IMG/VR virus record: IMGVR_UViG_3300045988_175715
Length of the DNA: 41,252 bases
Source: a virus
Strand: one strand, 5' to 3'
Shown here piece by piece: positions 29,117 to 38,205 of the stretch (the first letter of the stretch is position 1; each line of letters starts with the position of its first letter). The notes beneath the pieces are model-generated. The model saw nothing but the letters and a program-made list of their open reading frames with translations. It searched no databases and was not told the origin of the DNA. Both the position numbers and the translations under genes were made by a program.

Positions 29117-30160
29117 TTACTGCCCACTTGCCTTAGTTTCATCTATGTAAGTCTTGCTGGCGATTACTGGTTTAATTAAGTTGCCATCTCGATTAACGTG
29201 TTCGCACTTAATTAAGAGGTCAACTCGAAAGCCGGCCTCGAGCTTACTGCGCATTAAGTCGTCGATTCCAGAGCCGAGGATTACACGCTTTGAAGGCAAT
29301 GTAGTTCCGTCTGACAGCACGGTTTCGGCAGTGCAACAAGTTACTTGAGTTATGATTCGGCCCCTCGTTGTGTAGTTGTAGGCGAATGAAGTTACTTGAG
29401 CCGGAATGAACACAGGGAACTTCAGAGCGGCGACTCGGCTTGTGCGCTTGCTTGGGACGAAGGAGCTACTTGAGTCATAATAGACAAAGCCCTCCCAGTG
29501 GCGCTGACGCAGGACAGCACGCAAGGTGGTTTCGCTGTACTCCAACATAATTAAGTCCAAAGTCCCAAGCGGGCTCGCTGCCTGCTGCTCGAAGCTCATT
29601 CCCGAATTCCACTTAATTAAGTTCTGATAAGAGCCATCAAGTGGGTTGCGACGAGTTGCATTGAACATAGCGAAAGGCAGGAAGTCAAGCTGCGCTGTTA
29701 TGACTTTGCGGCGTAAGGCACTGGAAGTTAATGGAAAGTTCTGATGTTCGCCGGCTACGGTGAGTTCACCCAAGACAATTATACCTTCGTAGCTGTTATT
29801 GCTGTTTGAAGTTCCTGTTGAGTCCATCGCTTTAATTGTGATGCCCTGCAGGGAGTAGCTAAGGAACTCGAGAACCTGATTGAGATTCTTCAGCTGAGCG
29901 GCCTCAAAGGTGTAGCTTAACTTGGCGCGGCCAGTGAAGGTTAATTGCTTTGAACCTTGCTGCAACTTCATTGAAGCGGAAGCGTCAAGTAAGTCAAGCA
30001 AGGGAATTGCAGCGTAGAAGCCGTTGGCTTTCTCCACTAGCCGGATTACATCTGCCTGTGCTAATTGAGAGTCTGACTTAATTAACTTCAAAAGTTCGGC
30101 TCCGCTTTCAACGTGGAGTACTTTCTGAGTGTGCGTTGCACACGGTGTTATGTTGTTCAT
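29117..30160 (-). CDS. Hypothetical replication-module protein of 347 aa
   Basis: Long ORF. Its stop codon lies within an 8-9 bp hairpin at about 29104-29128. Confidence 0.45.
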   Translation of the reverse strand: MNNITPCATHTQKVLHVESGAELLKLIKSDSQLAQADVIRLVEKANGFYAAIPLLDLLDASASMKLQQGSKQLTFTGRAKLSYTFEAAQLKNLNQVLEFLSYSLQGITIKAMDSTGTSNSNNSYEGIIVLGELTVAGEHQNFPLTSSALRRKVITAQLDFLPFAMFNATRRNPLDGSYQNLIKWNSGMSFEQQAASPLGTLDLIMLEYSETTLRAVLRQRHWEGFVYYDSSSSFVPSKRTSRVAALKFPVFIPAQVTSFAYNYTTRGRIITQVTCCTAETVLSDGTTLPSKRVILGSGIDDLMRSKLEAGFRVDLLIKCEHVNRDGNLIKPVIASKTYIDETKASGQ

Positions 30161-30236
30161 CTTAATGTCCTTTCATTGTGTGCCTGCTGGCGCTTGTTTA
30201 TACTGTGTTACTTGATTGTGTTGTTTATATTTGCTG

Positions 30237-31994
30237 TCAAGCTGGCGCTCCTCGAAGCCACTTGTTAAGGAAGTCCTCAATGTAAGCGGCAGTTTCGCTG
30301 TCTGAGTTACTTGAGATAAGATTCTCAATTTTCTCCCTATCCGAAGAGCCGGGCAGCTGGCGGTTTTTGAGCTTGGCTAAGCCACTCTTGTTGTAAATTA
30401 CCCAAGCAAAGTCAGAAGCTCGAGTCAAGGCGGTGTAGGCGTATTCGTTGTTAATTGAGTTGCCGTTTTTCCAGTCAAGTAAATTGATGATGCACCGCTT
30501 GTACGTTGAGCCCTGTGCTTTGTAGCAGGTGATGGCGTTGGCGAGGAGCAAGTTACTTATCTCGCCTATAGTGCTCAAGCTGATTTGGCGTAAAGTGCCA
30601 TAGATGTCAATGAACTCTATAGTTAAAGTATGACTTGCTTTCTTTGAGAAGAAACCCTCTTCATCGGCGCTGTTTTGTGAATCCCCTGACGAGGCGCTCT
30701 GTTGGGCTGACTGCTCAATTAAGTTGTCGAGTTCATCAGGACTCAGTTCGCTGGGCTGCGCTTCGCTTCGCATAATGTCCTTATTCATCGGCGAAGCCCC
30801 TGCCGGCGCCACCACGTCTTCATTAAGTTGCATCTCAATTATGTGGCCCGTTGTTCCGTTAATGTAGCCGTCTTCGTAATTATTCTTCGTGAACATCACG
30901 TTGTCGCCGACGCCGAATAACTTAATTGCCACGCCGCAAAGCACTGCTTGCTTAGTTACGCCGAGATACTTGTTAAGCCGCTGATTGAGAATCTCTTGTC
31001 CAGTAGCTCCGACGTTGGTCGGGGTGATAATGCAGTCCTCTTGTTCATTGAAGCGCAGGTGGTATTTCTCGTTAATTAACTCAATAATCCGATAGAGGTC
31101 AAGGTAGTTTTCGGCCTCAATGAACTTAACGTTCTTGAACTCCTTTGCTTTGATGGCCTGTTGCAGAGCAAGTAAGTTGGCTGACTTGAAGAGGTGAGCT
31201 GCTTGGACGATGTCGTTTCCATCAGCTTGCCGGTGCACAGTGGTAAGATAATTGAGGGAGCAGCCGGAGTGCGCCCCAAAGTAAGCTATGCTTGTCTTGC
31301 CGATGACTGGCTGAAGCTGGTTGATGTCACCTACGAGAATTAACTTATGCAAGCTATGCAGGTCGAGGGCTGCGAGGGTTTGAAGCATAAGTTCGTTGGA
31401 TACCATTGACACTTCGTCGATAATCAGGACCTTTGTGTCAATTCGCTTGTTGGCTGCATTAAAGGTTGGCACAAAGCGCCGGCTTAGGCGGTACCCGCAG
31501 GGCTTACTTGGGTCTGGTATCTCAATTAACTCAGGCACAAATTGAAGCCACTTGTGCAGTGTAAGGCACTGGGGAATGAAGGGTGCGAGCGCTGGGTCTG
31601 ACTTAATTGACTTGATGATGTTAAGCACCGCCTTACCCGTAAACGCGCAGAGGAAGATGCTTGAGGCATCGAACTTCGTTAGCAGCTCCTGCAAAACAGC
31701 CTTCAATGTAAAGGTTTTCCCAGTGCCGGCGGCTCCAGTCAGGATACTTAATTGACTCGAACAGATGTTGCGCACCGCCGATTGCTGGCTTGCATCGAGA
31801 GCATTGTTAAGACAATTAAATTCTGAAGTTGCTTGTGCATCAGTGTCAATTAAGTTAGTTGCCGGTGAAGTTGTCGGTGAAGGCATTGTTTGTGTAGCGT
31901 CAATGGAGTTAGCTTGTTTCAACGGTGAAGGCGCTTGCGCCAGAGCCGATTGAAGCGAGGCTGAGGCAATTAAGTCAGCTAGTGAAATGGGCAT
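30237..31994 (-). CDS. SF1 helicase of the Dda/RecD type
   Basis: Walker A LTGAAGTGKTFT and Walker B LIIDEVSM. CYKAQGSTYKR matches RecD motif V/VI. The N-terminus and one internal insert are low in complexity. Confidence 0.7.
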   Translation of the reverse strand: MPISLADLIASASLQSALAQAPSPLKQANSIDATQTMPSPTTSPATNLIDTDAQATSEFNCLNNALDASQQSAVRNICSSQLSILTGAAGTGKTFTLKAVLQELLTKFDASSIFLCAFTGKAVLNIIKSIKSDPALAPFIPQCLTLHKWLQFVPELIEIPDPSKPCGYRLSRRFVPTFNAANKRIDTKVLIIDEVSMVSNELMLQTLAALDLHSLHKLILVGDINQLQPVIGKTSIAYFGAHSGCSLNYLTTVHRQADGNDIVQAAHLFKSANLLALQQAIKAKEFKNVKFIEAENYLDLYRIIELINEKYHLRFNEQEDCIITPTNVGATGQEILNQRLNKYLGVTKQAVLCGVAIKLFGVGDNVMFTKNNYEDGYINGTTGHIIEMQLNEDVVAPAGASPMNKDIMRSEAQPSELSPDELDNLIEQSAQQSASSGDSQNSADEEGFFSKKASHTLTIEFIDIYGTLRQISLSTIGEISNLLLANAITCYKAQGSTYKRCIINLLDWKNGNSINNEYAYTALTRASDFAWVIYNKSGLAKLKNRQLPGSSDREKIENLISSNSDSETAAYIEDFLNKWLRGAPA

Positions 31995-32233
31995 TTGGTT
32001 ATCCTCTCTGTTTAAGCGGCCTTGCGGCCGATGTTAATTAAGTCGTTAAGGTGCCACAAGGCAGCAGATGGTCGAAGACAAGTAAGTTAAATGTTTCGGT
32101 GTAAAGCACTGGGCGAACGACGAAGGCAAGTTAATTGAGTTTGCCGAAGCGAGCCGTTAGGCGAGCCCTGCTGTCAAGAAAAAAGTGTTAATTGAGCTCA
32201 AAAAACCACTTCGTAGGAAAAATCGTAACGCAC

Positions 32234-32320
32234 GTCCAGTCGGTAATTAAGTTAAAAGTTGGTCAATGTACTCGGATTTTGAATACCTTGAGCAAAAAAT
32301 AACTTAATTACCGACTGGAC
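32234..32320. repeat. Perfect 20-bp inverted repeat with a 47-nt spacer. It could form a large stem-loop or act as a protein-binding site.
   Basis: gtccagtcggtaattaagtt (32234-32253) is the exact reverse complement of aacttaattaccgactggac (32301-32320). Iteron-like repeats tagacaaaa x2 and the inverted repeat ttgcac/gtgcaa follow at 32340-32400. Confidence 0.8.
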
Positions 32321-32458
32321 AGCCCAGTAATTTCAAAGTTAGACAAAATTTGCACCATTCTAGACAAAAATTTTCCATCTAAATTGAGTGCAAATTTGGG
32401 AGTTAAGTAACTTGTTATGTTAAGTAAGCTGTAAAGCCGAAGCTGAAGCGAAGCAGGC

Positions 32459-33109
32459 TTAAAGGTCCAAGTCGTTGTCAATTAAGTCTGCCATCTTAAG
32501 CACCTTCTGGGAAAAACTAGCTTCGTCGGTGGTAACCGACAGAGCTTTAATGAACATCTTTAAGTTAGTTTTTTGTGCTTGAACCTGCTTGGCTCGCTGT
32601 TTACGCCGCTCAATTAACTCTCTTTCCGCTAAGCTAGCTCGGTGCTCGGCGCGTGCACGTAATCGGGCTCTTTGTTCCGCTTCAAACTGCTTGATTCGCA
32701 AGCTTCGATTAGCCGTTTCGGTGGTTAGTTTGTCAATTAAGTTCGATAGAATAGCCGGGGCTGTTTGCGGGTTTTCACTCAATTTAGGTTCATTTACGCC
32801 GCTGGCGGCCGAATCTGCTAACAATTTAATGTAGTCAATGATAGTCAAGCGGGGCAAGTGTTGCAAAACAGCAGAATAACCTGATCGGATTTTATCAGCG
32901 GTGTCGATTGAGCAATCAATTAAGGTAAACAAGCCAAGCAAGGCGGATTTTTCGGGCGGTAAATCAGCAAGTGTAACAATATGACAATCGGTGATGACAT
33001 ATTCAGCGAGGGCGGAAAAATCGGTAAGGGTAAATTGAGATAGCGTTTTAAGCCGGGGTTTTTGAAAAGCGTTTAGATTGTAATAGATGGTTGTGTTTAA
33101 GTTTGTCAT
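32459..33109 (-). CDS. Early protein of 216 aa with a basic helix and an acidic ...DNDLDL C-terminus
   Basis: ORF with ribosome-binding site AAGGA. Confidence 0.45.
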   Translation of the reverse strand: MTNLNTTIYYNLNAFQKPRLKTLSQFTLTDFSALAEYVITDCHIVTLADLPPEKSALLGLFTLIDCSIDTADKIRSGYSAVLQHLPRLTIIDYIKLLADSAASGVNEPKLSENPQTAPAILSNLIDKLTTETANRSLRIKQFEAEQRARLRARAEHRASLAERELIERRKQRAKQVQAQKTNLKMFIKALSVTTDEASFSQKVLKMADLIDNDLDL

Positions 33110-33216
33110 TTCATTGAATCCTTAATGTGATTGTGTGTGATTGTAATGTGATAGTTTAATTAAGTGATAGTATTTAGTTAGATATTACTAGTAAAGGTTG
33201 TAGCTTAGAGCAAGAA

Positions 33217-33240
33217 AGAGGGGCTCAAGCAAGCCCCTCT
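33217..33240 (-). terminator. Intrinsic terminator or attenuator on the minus strand
   Basis: agaggggct-caagca-agcccctct has a perfect 9-bp stem. It is followed on the minus strand by uuucuugcucu. Confidence 0.5.
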
Positions 33241-33256
33241 AATCGTTAGCAAGCAA

Positions 33257-34000
33257 TTAGATGTCTAAGTCATCTTCATCAATACTTGTTTCAACCTTAC
33301 GGTCAATTGCTTTTGCCGCAAGCGCAACAGCGTATCCGATATAGTCATCAGGCGTAAAAGTTACCCCGTGTGCAAAATTAACCGCATTAGGTGATTGCTT
33401 TTCACAATGCCATTTAATCAACGCACGGATATAATCAGCAACAGCAACGCTCTTACCTTTTACTTGAGTTTGGCCTAAAATCAAATTTGCTGTTTGCAAG
33501 TCAGCTAAAAACGTCTTAATTGTCTTCTCATTAATCAAGCTAGCTTTTGCCGGCATGTTGGCTTTTAAGCTAACTACCAAAGCCTTAACCAGGGCATTGA
33601 AAGGTTTCGACAAGGGATTCGCTTGAGCGTTGCCGCCGTTCTGCGGCGTGAGTATGTCGACAATATTATTGAGGTTAGGCAGGGTTAAAAGCTTGCGGAT
33701 GTAGTTACTTAAAAAGTACTTTTCCACAAACTCACGGCAAATGTCATTAAGTCCAGCGACTTCCATAACGTCCGGAATATTTGTATACAATACATCGTAT
33801 TTGCCCTGCTTATCTTTTATCAAGCGGCAAGATAATTGACGGTTGGAAAATCCATCAATAACCCTAACAGCGACGCTTTTAGCCGGTTCACCGGCAACAG
33901 CGGCAACTAGGTTACCATTGTCATCGGCGGTTACCTTAACCGCCTCACTAGCGCCGATTTTATTAAGTGCTTGTAAAAATTCTTCCGTTTCCATTTTCAA
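33257..34000 (-). CDS. Early protein of 247 aa with an acidic ...DEDDLDI C-terminus
   Basis: ORF with ribosome-binding site AAAGGA. Confidence 0.45.
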   Translation of the reverse strand: MKMETEEFLQALNKIGASEAVKVTADDNGNLVAAVAGEPAKSVAVRVIDGFSNRQLSCRLIKDKQGKYDVLYTNIPDVMEVAGLNDICREFVEKYFLSNYIRKLLTLPNLNNIVDILTPQNGGNAQANPLSKPFNALVKALVVSLKANMPAKASLINEKTIKTFLADLQTANLILGQTQVKGKSVAVADYIRALIKWHCEKQSPNAVNFAHGVTFTPDDYIGYAVALAAKAIDRKVETSIDEDDLDI

Positions 34001-34119
34001 TTCCTTTAATTAAAAGAGTTACATTAGGCGGGCTTCCCCGCCGGTTAATTTAGAGGCGCGCCGATTAGACGCAAGGAATAAGCCGGTTTTAATTGAGGCA
34101 ACCGGCAAGCCCGCGGCGG

Positions 34120-34437
34120 TTATCCGTGTTGTCGTAACCATTCCTTCAAGTCATGCCACAAGTATGTAGGAATATCAGCAGGATTATTCTGATATTGCAA
34201 TAATCTAGCTATAACCTCGATTAAGTTACTTGTCACGGCGTCAACGGAATCAACACTTTTTGTGTCGTCGTCAATCTGTAATGCTGAAAAGTCGTCGTAA
34301 ATCAAAATTGTTTTGCCGCCGCGGTTAAATTTATGCACTGCCGCCGATTCGACAAAATCAGCAAAAAACCGCGGCAAATAGTTACTTGTCTTTCTTATCT
34401 CAAGCAAAGCGCTAGCAAGGGAGTAGTATTTTGTCAT
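34120..34437 (-). CDS. First leftward early protein, 105 aa
   Basis: Ribosome-binding site GAAAGGAAAG. It lies directly downstream of a consensus promoter. Confidence 0.45.
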   Translation of the reverse strand: MTKYYSLASALLEIRKTSNYLPRFFADFVESAAVHKFNRGGKTILIYDDFSALQIDDDTKSVDSVDAVTSNLIEVIARLLQYQNNPADIPTYLWHDLKEWLRQHG

Positions 34438-34472
34438 CTTCTTTCCTTTCTCAGTTTGTTTAATATAAGGGT

Positions 34473-34501
34473 ATTTTACAGGACTTTGCTTTTATTGTCA
34501 A
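34473..34501 (-). promoter_or_regulatory. Leftward early sigma70 promoter. TTGACA, 17-nt spacer, TAAAAT.
   Basis: Minus strand reads tttgTTGACAataaaagcaaagtcctgTAAAATaccc, about 35 nt upstream of the 34437 start. Confidence 0.7.
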
Positions 34502-34941
34502 ACAAAAACTACATTAGAATACCAAAAAATTTTGCCTTGTGCAAAAGGGGCTATAGCACCCCAAAGACAAGTGAAGGGCTGCGGCGTATATAAATGTACC
34601 CTCAGCAAATTCGCAAGAAAATTGGCATTTCCAGCCGGCTGATGCTTAATTGACACGTGAATCTGCATTAACTGCGTTAGCAGCTTCGAGGGCCGGTTTC
34701 CAGTTGGGTGCTAATTAGCTTCACAAGTCAATTAACTCCAAAGTGGTCAGAGCGGCTTGCCGCGAAACTCGAGTAACCGGCTTAACCGGACTTCGCTTGA
34801 AGCTAATGAACCTTTGAGGCCGCTTTCTGGTTGTGAAGCTAATTGACTTCGGCTGGTCAGCCGCTGCTTGTCAGCGCCTCGAATTACCAGAAGTAGTTGC
34901 TTAATAGTATATTGACTATAGTAATTGCAGTAGCTGCCCTG

Positions 34942-34970
34942 TTGACATTTGCTGGATTATTTGGTAAGCT
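34942..34970 (+). promoter_or_regulatory. Rightward sigma70-like promoter. TTGACA, 17-nt spacer, TAAGCT.
   Basis: ttgacatttgctggattatttggtaagct shares the TTGACATTT...ATTATTTGGTA architecture with the promoter at 10023. The -10 element is weaker. Confidence 0.5.
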
Positions 34971-34994
34971 AGCTAAAATAGGAGGAATCAAGCA

Positions 34995-35903
34995 ATGACT
35001 TTAATCAATGAAGAATCAAGTGACGAGGCCACGAGCCGCAAAACCACTAGGGTGTTACTGGCCAAAATGAGTGCTGGGGCGCTAATGGCCTTTTGTGAGT
35101 TACTTGAGCGGGGTGACCTGGAGCAGGGCGATGAACTTGTCTATGTCAATTTGGGCTTCGAATGGCCAGAACAGGAGCAGGCCGCTGAAGCGCTCAAGGC
35201 AATTTGCAAGGAGAAGTTAATTAAGTTCACTGAGCTGCAAGGCCACCTTGAGTATGAGATGCTACACAAGTCAATCGAAAAACTCTATAGGCCAAGAGAT
35301 GCTTCACGGAATCTCCAGTGGCAGGGCTTTGTGCAGCGGTTGCAGCGGGGCCGCGGCTGGTGTGGAGGTAAATTGAGATGGGGTGAGTCAATTAAGTGGC
35401 TACTCATAAACCGGTACCTCAAGGAGCAGTACTTGAAGAAAGCTGCTCAGGAGCAGCTAGAACTGCACTTAATTTTCGGCTGTACCACAGAGCGCTCTGC
35501 TGAGCTGACTCGAAGCCGCCTTTCGGTGCCGGTGCTCAGGAACTTCAAGTTAATTAACCCCAACATCGCCAAGGGCCGCAGCAAGGCTTATTGCGTAGAG
35601 TGGTTAAGTAGGAAGGGCTGGGCAATAGGGCGGCTTTACACGGCGGGCTTAATTAAGCCAGGGTGCTGGTGCTGCCGCAGCAGGAACATCAAGGAGCTTA
35701 AGTTGATTAAACAAGAGTGGCCCGAAATTTGGCAGAAGCTCCATGAACTTGAGAAGTTAATTAAGGAACCTTACTACAGGACGCCTCGAGGCTGGGCGCT
35801 GCTTCAAGATGTTAATTACAAGGCCACAAAATTCACCTTAAGTAACACAAGCAACAAGGATAATAAGGCCAATAGTAGAAAGGGCAAGAAAGATGGAAAG
35901 TAA
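34995..35903 (+). CDS. Cys-containing hypothetical protein of 302 aa, upstream of terminase. Function unknown.
   Basis: Ribosome-binding site AGGAGG. Motifs GRGWCGG and GCWCCRSR are present. No methyltransferase, HNH or PAPS-reductase hallmarks were recognised. Confidence 0.45.
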   Translation: MTLINEESSDEATSRKTTRVLLAKMSAGALMAFCELLERGDLEQGDELVYVNLGFEWPEQEQAAEALKAICKEKLIKFTELQGHLEYEMLHKSIEKLYRPRDASRNLQWQGFVQRLQRGRGWCGGKLRWGESIKWLLINRYLKEQYLKKAAQEQLELHLIFGCTTERSAELTRSRLSVPVLRNFKLINPNIAKGRSKAYCVEWLSRKGWAIGRLYTAGLIKPGCWCCRSRNIKELKLIKQEWPEIWQKLHELEKLIKEPYYRTPRGWALLQDVNYKATKFTLSNTSNKDNKANSRKGKKDGK

Positions 35904-36711
35904 TGAAAACAGTAATGTTGAAAATGCTAATGTGAACGAAGTGAACACCGGCGGAAGCATTTGGCAATCACTTAACTCAGGGGCGCGGAGTAAGTTGGTG
36001 CAGTTAATTAACTCCGGAATGCCCACCGCAATGATGGCTGACTTTTTGAACCTCGAACCTAATCAGCTTGCTGAACTCTTGGAAGTTCCTGAGCTTAAAC
36101 AGTTAATTGCCCAGCAGGAAGCAGCTGAGCGCCTGAACTCGGCTGACGCCTCAAGCAAGTGGGACGAAGTCGAGGTGCTAGCTTTGAAGAATGTCCTCGG
36201 GGAACTTAATTCACGGCCAGACCCGGTTTTCGCCCTCAAGGCTGCGGCGGTTGCAAATAAGGCAATTAGGTCGCATAAAGGCAAGCAACAGGCTATGCAG
36301 CAGCTGGTCGAGGGAGCTAAGACTATCACGTTGCAGCTTAATCAGCAGGTCGTCAATGCACTGGTAAATGCGGGGCCAGTGGCGGGGCCGATAGCTCAAT
36401 TAGCACCAGCTGTGCCAAGTAGCTCGGGTAGCTCAGGTGCCGCCAGTAAAGTCCTTGATGTATTCACCGCTAAGGATATGGAGCGACTTGCTCGAGGCGG
36501 CTCTGAGATAGAAGCTTTCTTTGAGCCTGTTCAGCAAGCCGAGGAAACGAGCCCGGCCGGCATTGAGATGCTCAAGCAAGTTGACGACTTAATTGACTTG
36601 CCATCAAGCGCCACCGGAGCAGCTGGAACAGCCGGAGAATCCAGAGAAGTCAGAGAAGCTAAATTTGATAGTACAACAATTAAAGCAGCCGGAGGCGAAC
36701 ATGTTATATGA
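35893..36711 (+). CDS. Putative terminase small subunit
   Basis: An N-terminal helix-turn-helix-like segment (SKLVQLINSGMPTAMMADFLNL) is the sequence basis. The gene lies immediately upstream of the large terminase gene and overlaps it. Confidence 0.4.
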   Translation: MESNENSNVENANVNEVNTGGSIWQSLNSGARSKLVQLINSGMPTAMMADFLNLEPNQLAELLEVPELKQLIAQQEAAERLNSADASSKWDEVEVLALKNVLGELNSRPDPVFALKAAAVANKAIRSHKGKQQAMQQLVEGAKTITLQLNQQVVNALVNAGPVAGPIAQLAPAVPSSSGSSGAASKVLDVFTAKDMERLARGGSEIEAFFEPVQQAEETSPAGIEMLKQVDDLIDLPSSATGAAGTAGESREVREAKFDSTTIKAAGGEHVI

Positions 36712-38188
36712 AGTTAATGCACAAGAATTGCGGCAGACGCTACTTAGCAGTGAAGCCGCCTATATACAATTTGCTTTGGGCGCTCAAGCAGGTGATGACC
36801 TCTTGCCCACGCCGGAGTTCCACTTGCAGATGTTCCGGCTTTTTATTGATGAGTCAATTAAGAGGGTCTGTGTTGCTTGCCCACGGTCGCACGCCAAGAC
36901 CACGATTGCCAAAATAGCTGTTAGCAGGTTAATTCACGGTGCCACTTCAGACATGAACATTGGGTATCTGAGCCACAGTAGCCCGCTTGCCACAAAGGCC
37001 CTAATGGACATCCGGAACTTAATTTGCTCTGAATCCATGATGGCGGCTTTTGGAGTACCCCAGTTCATTAAAGAACAACTCGATAGGGGCGAATACAGTT
37101 TTGAACTTAATGGCCACACATTCAACATGAGTAGCTTTGGTGCAAACAGCCAAATTCGAGGCTACAATGTTAATAACCGCCGAATTGACGTGCTGTTAGT
37201 TGACGACCTCGAAGACCGTAAAGAGAATGAATCCGAAGTCCTCTTTGACAAGCTCAAGCGCTGGTTCTTCTCCGACTGCATCAAGGCGCTGAGCCCCAAG
37301 GGTCGGTTAATTATGTTGGGCAACATCGTCAACAGGAACAGCATAGTCAACGAGAATTGTGCGAGCCCGAAATGGGCGTCAATTAAGTTGAGTGCTCTCA
37401 AGCAAGACGGCACGCCTTTGTGGCCAGAGCTTAACAGCTTCGCTGACCTCATAGCTGAATATAATGAGTATGCCAGTAAGGGCTTAGCTGGGCAGTGGTG
37501 CGCCGAAATGCTTAATGACCCCATGGCCGCAAATACACTGTCAATTGACTTGCAACGCATAACCAGGAGCCCCAAAGTTGACCCAGAGTCAAGTGAGCAC
37601 GAATATGGATTCATCACAATTGACCCGGCAATCAGCCAAGCGGCCTGGGGACACGCGCAGACAATGGCCGTCCATTGCTACTACGAAACCCCGGCGCCCC
37701 ATTGGCAGATAGTCGACTCAAGGGTAGCTTATGGAGAATCACCAGTTGCTTTGTACGCCGCAATGCAGGATATGTGCAGTAAGTGGAATGTCTCAATTGT
37801 GGGCTTCGAGGCCGAAGCGTATCAAGCATCTCTGAAATCGATGTTCGAGTACATGGACTCAGTGAATGATAGTAGCGGTTTAATTGACTACGTCCCGCTA
37901 AAAACGCTCAAGAAGAGTAAAGCATCTAGAATAAAATCTTTTGTTGACTTACTTTACCAAGGCGTATATCATTTAAGTGATAATGATAATTTAACCATTA
38001 CTCAGCTACTTGCCTTTGACCCGACGCGCAAAGACAATTCAGATGACTTAATTGACGTAGAGGCCTATGGCTGCCAGATGCTTGAGCTGCACCTTGAGAA
38101 AATCAAACAGGCCAAAAATCGGAAGTTAAGTAAGTCCGGATACTCAAGTGAGTTGTTACAGCGAATCGCAGCGGCAAGTAGTTTATAA
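36701..38188 (+). CDS. Terminase large subunit
   Basis: ATG at 36701 has ribosome-binding site GGAGG. The P-loop is VCVACPRSHAKTT and Walker B is LLVDDLED. C-terminal acidic motifs of an RNase-H-like nuclease are ITIDPA, VGFEAEAY and LIDVEAYG. Confidence 0.7.
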   Translation: MLYEVNAQELRQTLLSSEAAYIQFALGAQAGDDLLPTPEFHLQMFRLFIDESIKRVCVACPRSHAKTTIAKIAVSRLIHGATSDMNIGYLSHSSPLATKALMDIRNLICSESMMAAFGVPQFIKEQLDRGEYSFELNGHTFNMSSFGANSQIRGYNVNNRRIDVLLVDDLEDRKENESEVLFDKLKRWFFSDCIKALSPKGRLIMLGNIVNRNSIVNENCASPKWASIKLSALKQDGTPLWPELNSFADLIAEYNEYASKGLAGQWCAEMLNDPMAANTLSIDLQRITRSPKVDPESSEHEYGFITIDPAISQAAWGHAQTMAVHCYYETPAPHWQIVDSRVAYGESPVALYAAMQDMCSKWNVSIVGFEAEAYQASLKSMFEYMDSVNDSSGLIDYVPLKTLKKSKASRIKSFVDLLYQGVYHLSDNDNLTITQLLAFDPTRKDNSDDLIDVEAYGCQMLELHLEKIKQAKNRKLSKSGYSSELLQRIAAASSL

Positions 38189-38205
38189 ACAGAAAGGTAC
38201 CTAAT

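Noticed and set aside
30161-30250. Direct repeat gctggcgct x2 and TTGACA near the helicase 3' end as an internal promoter
   Set aside because: No acceptable -10 element sits at a 16-18 nt spacing.
33130-33180. tgtgattgt and gtgatag short direct repeats upstream of gene 32459..33109 as a promoter or operator
   Set aside because: Only a TACAAT -10 element without a convincing -35. The repeats are very short. It is mentioned only as a weak possibility.
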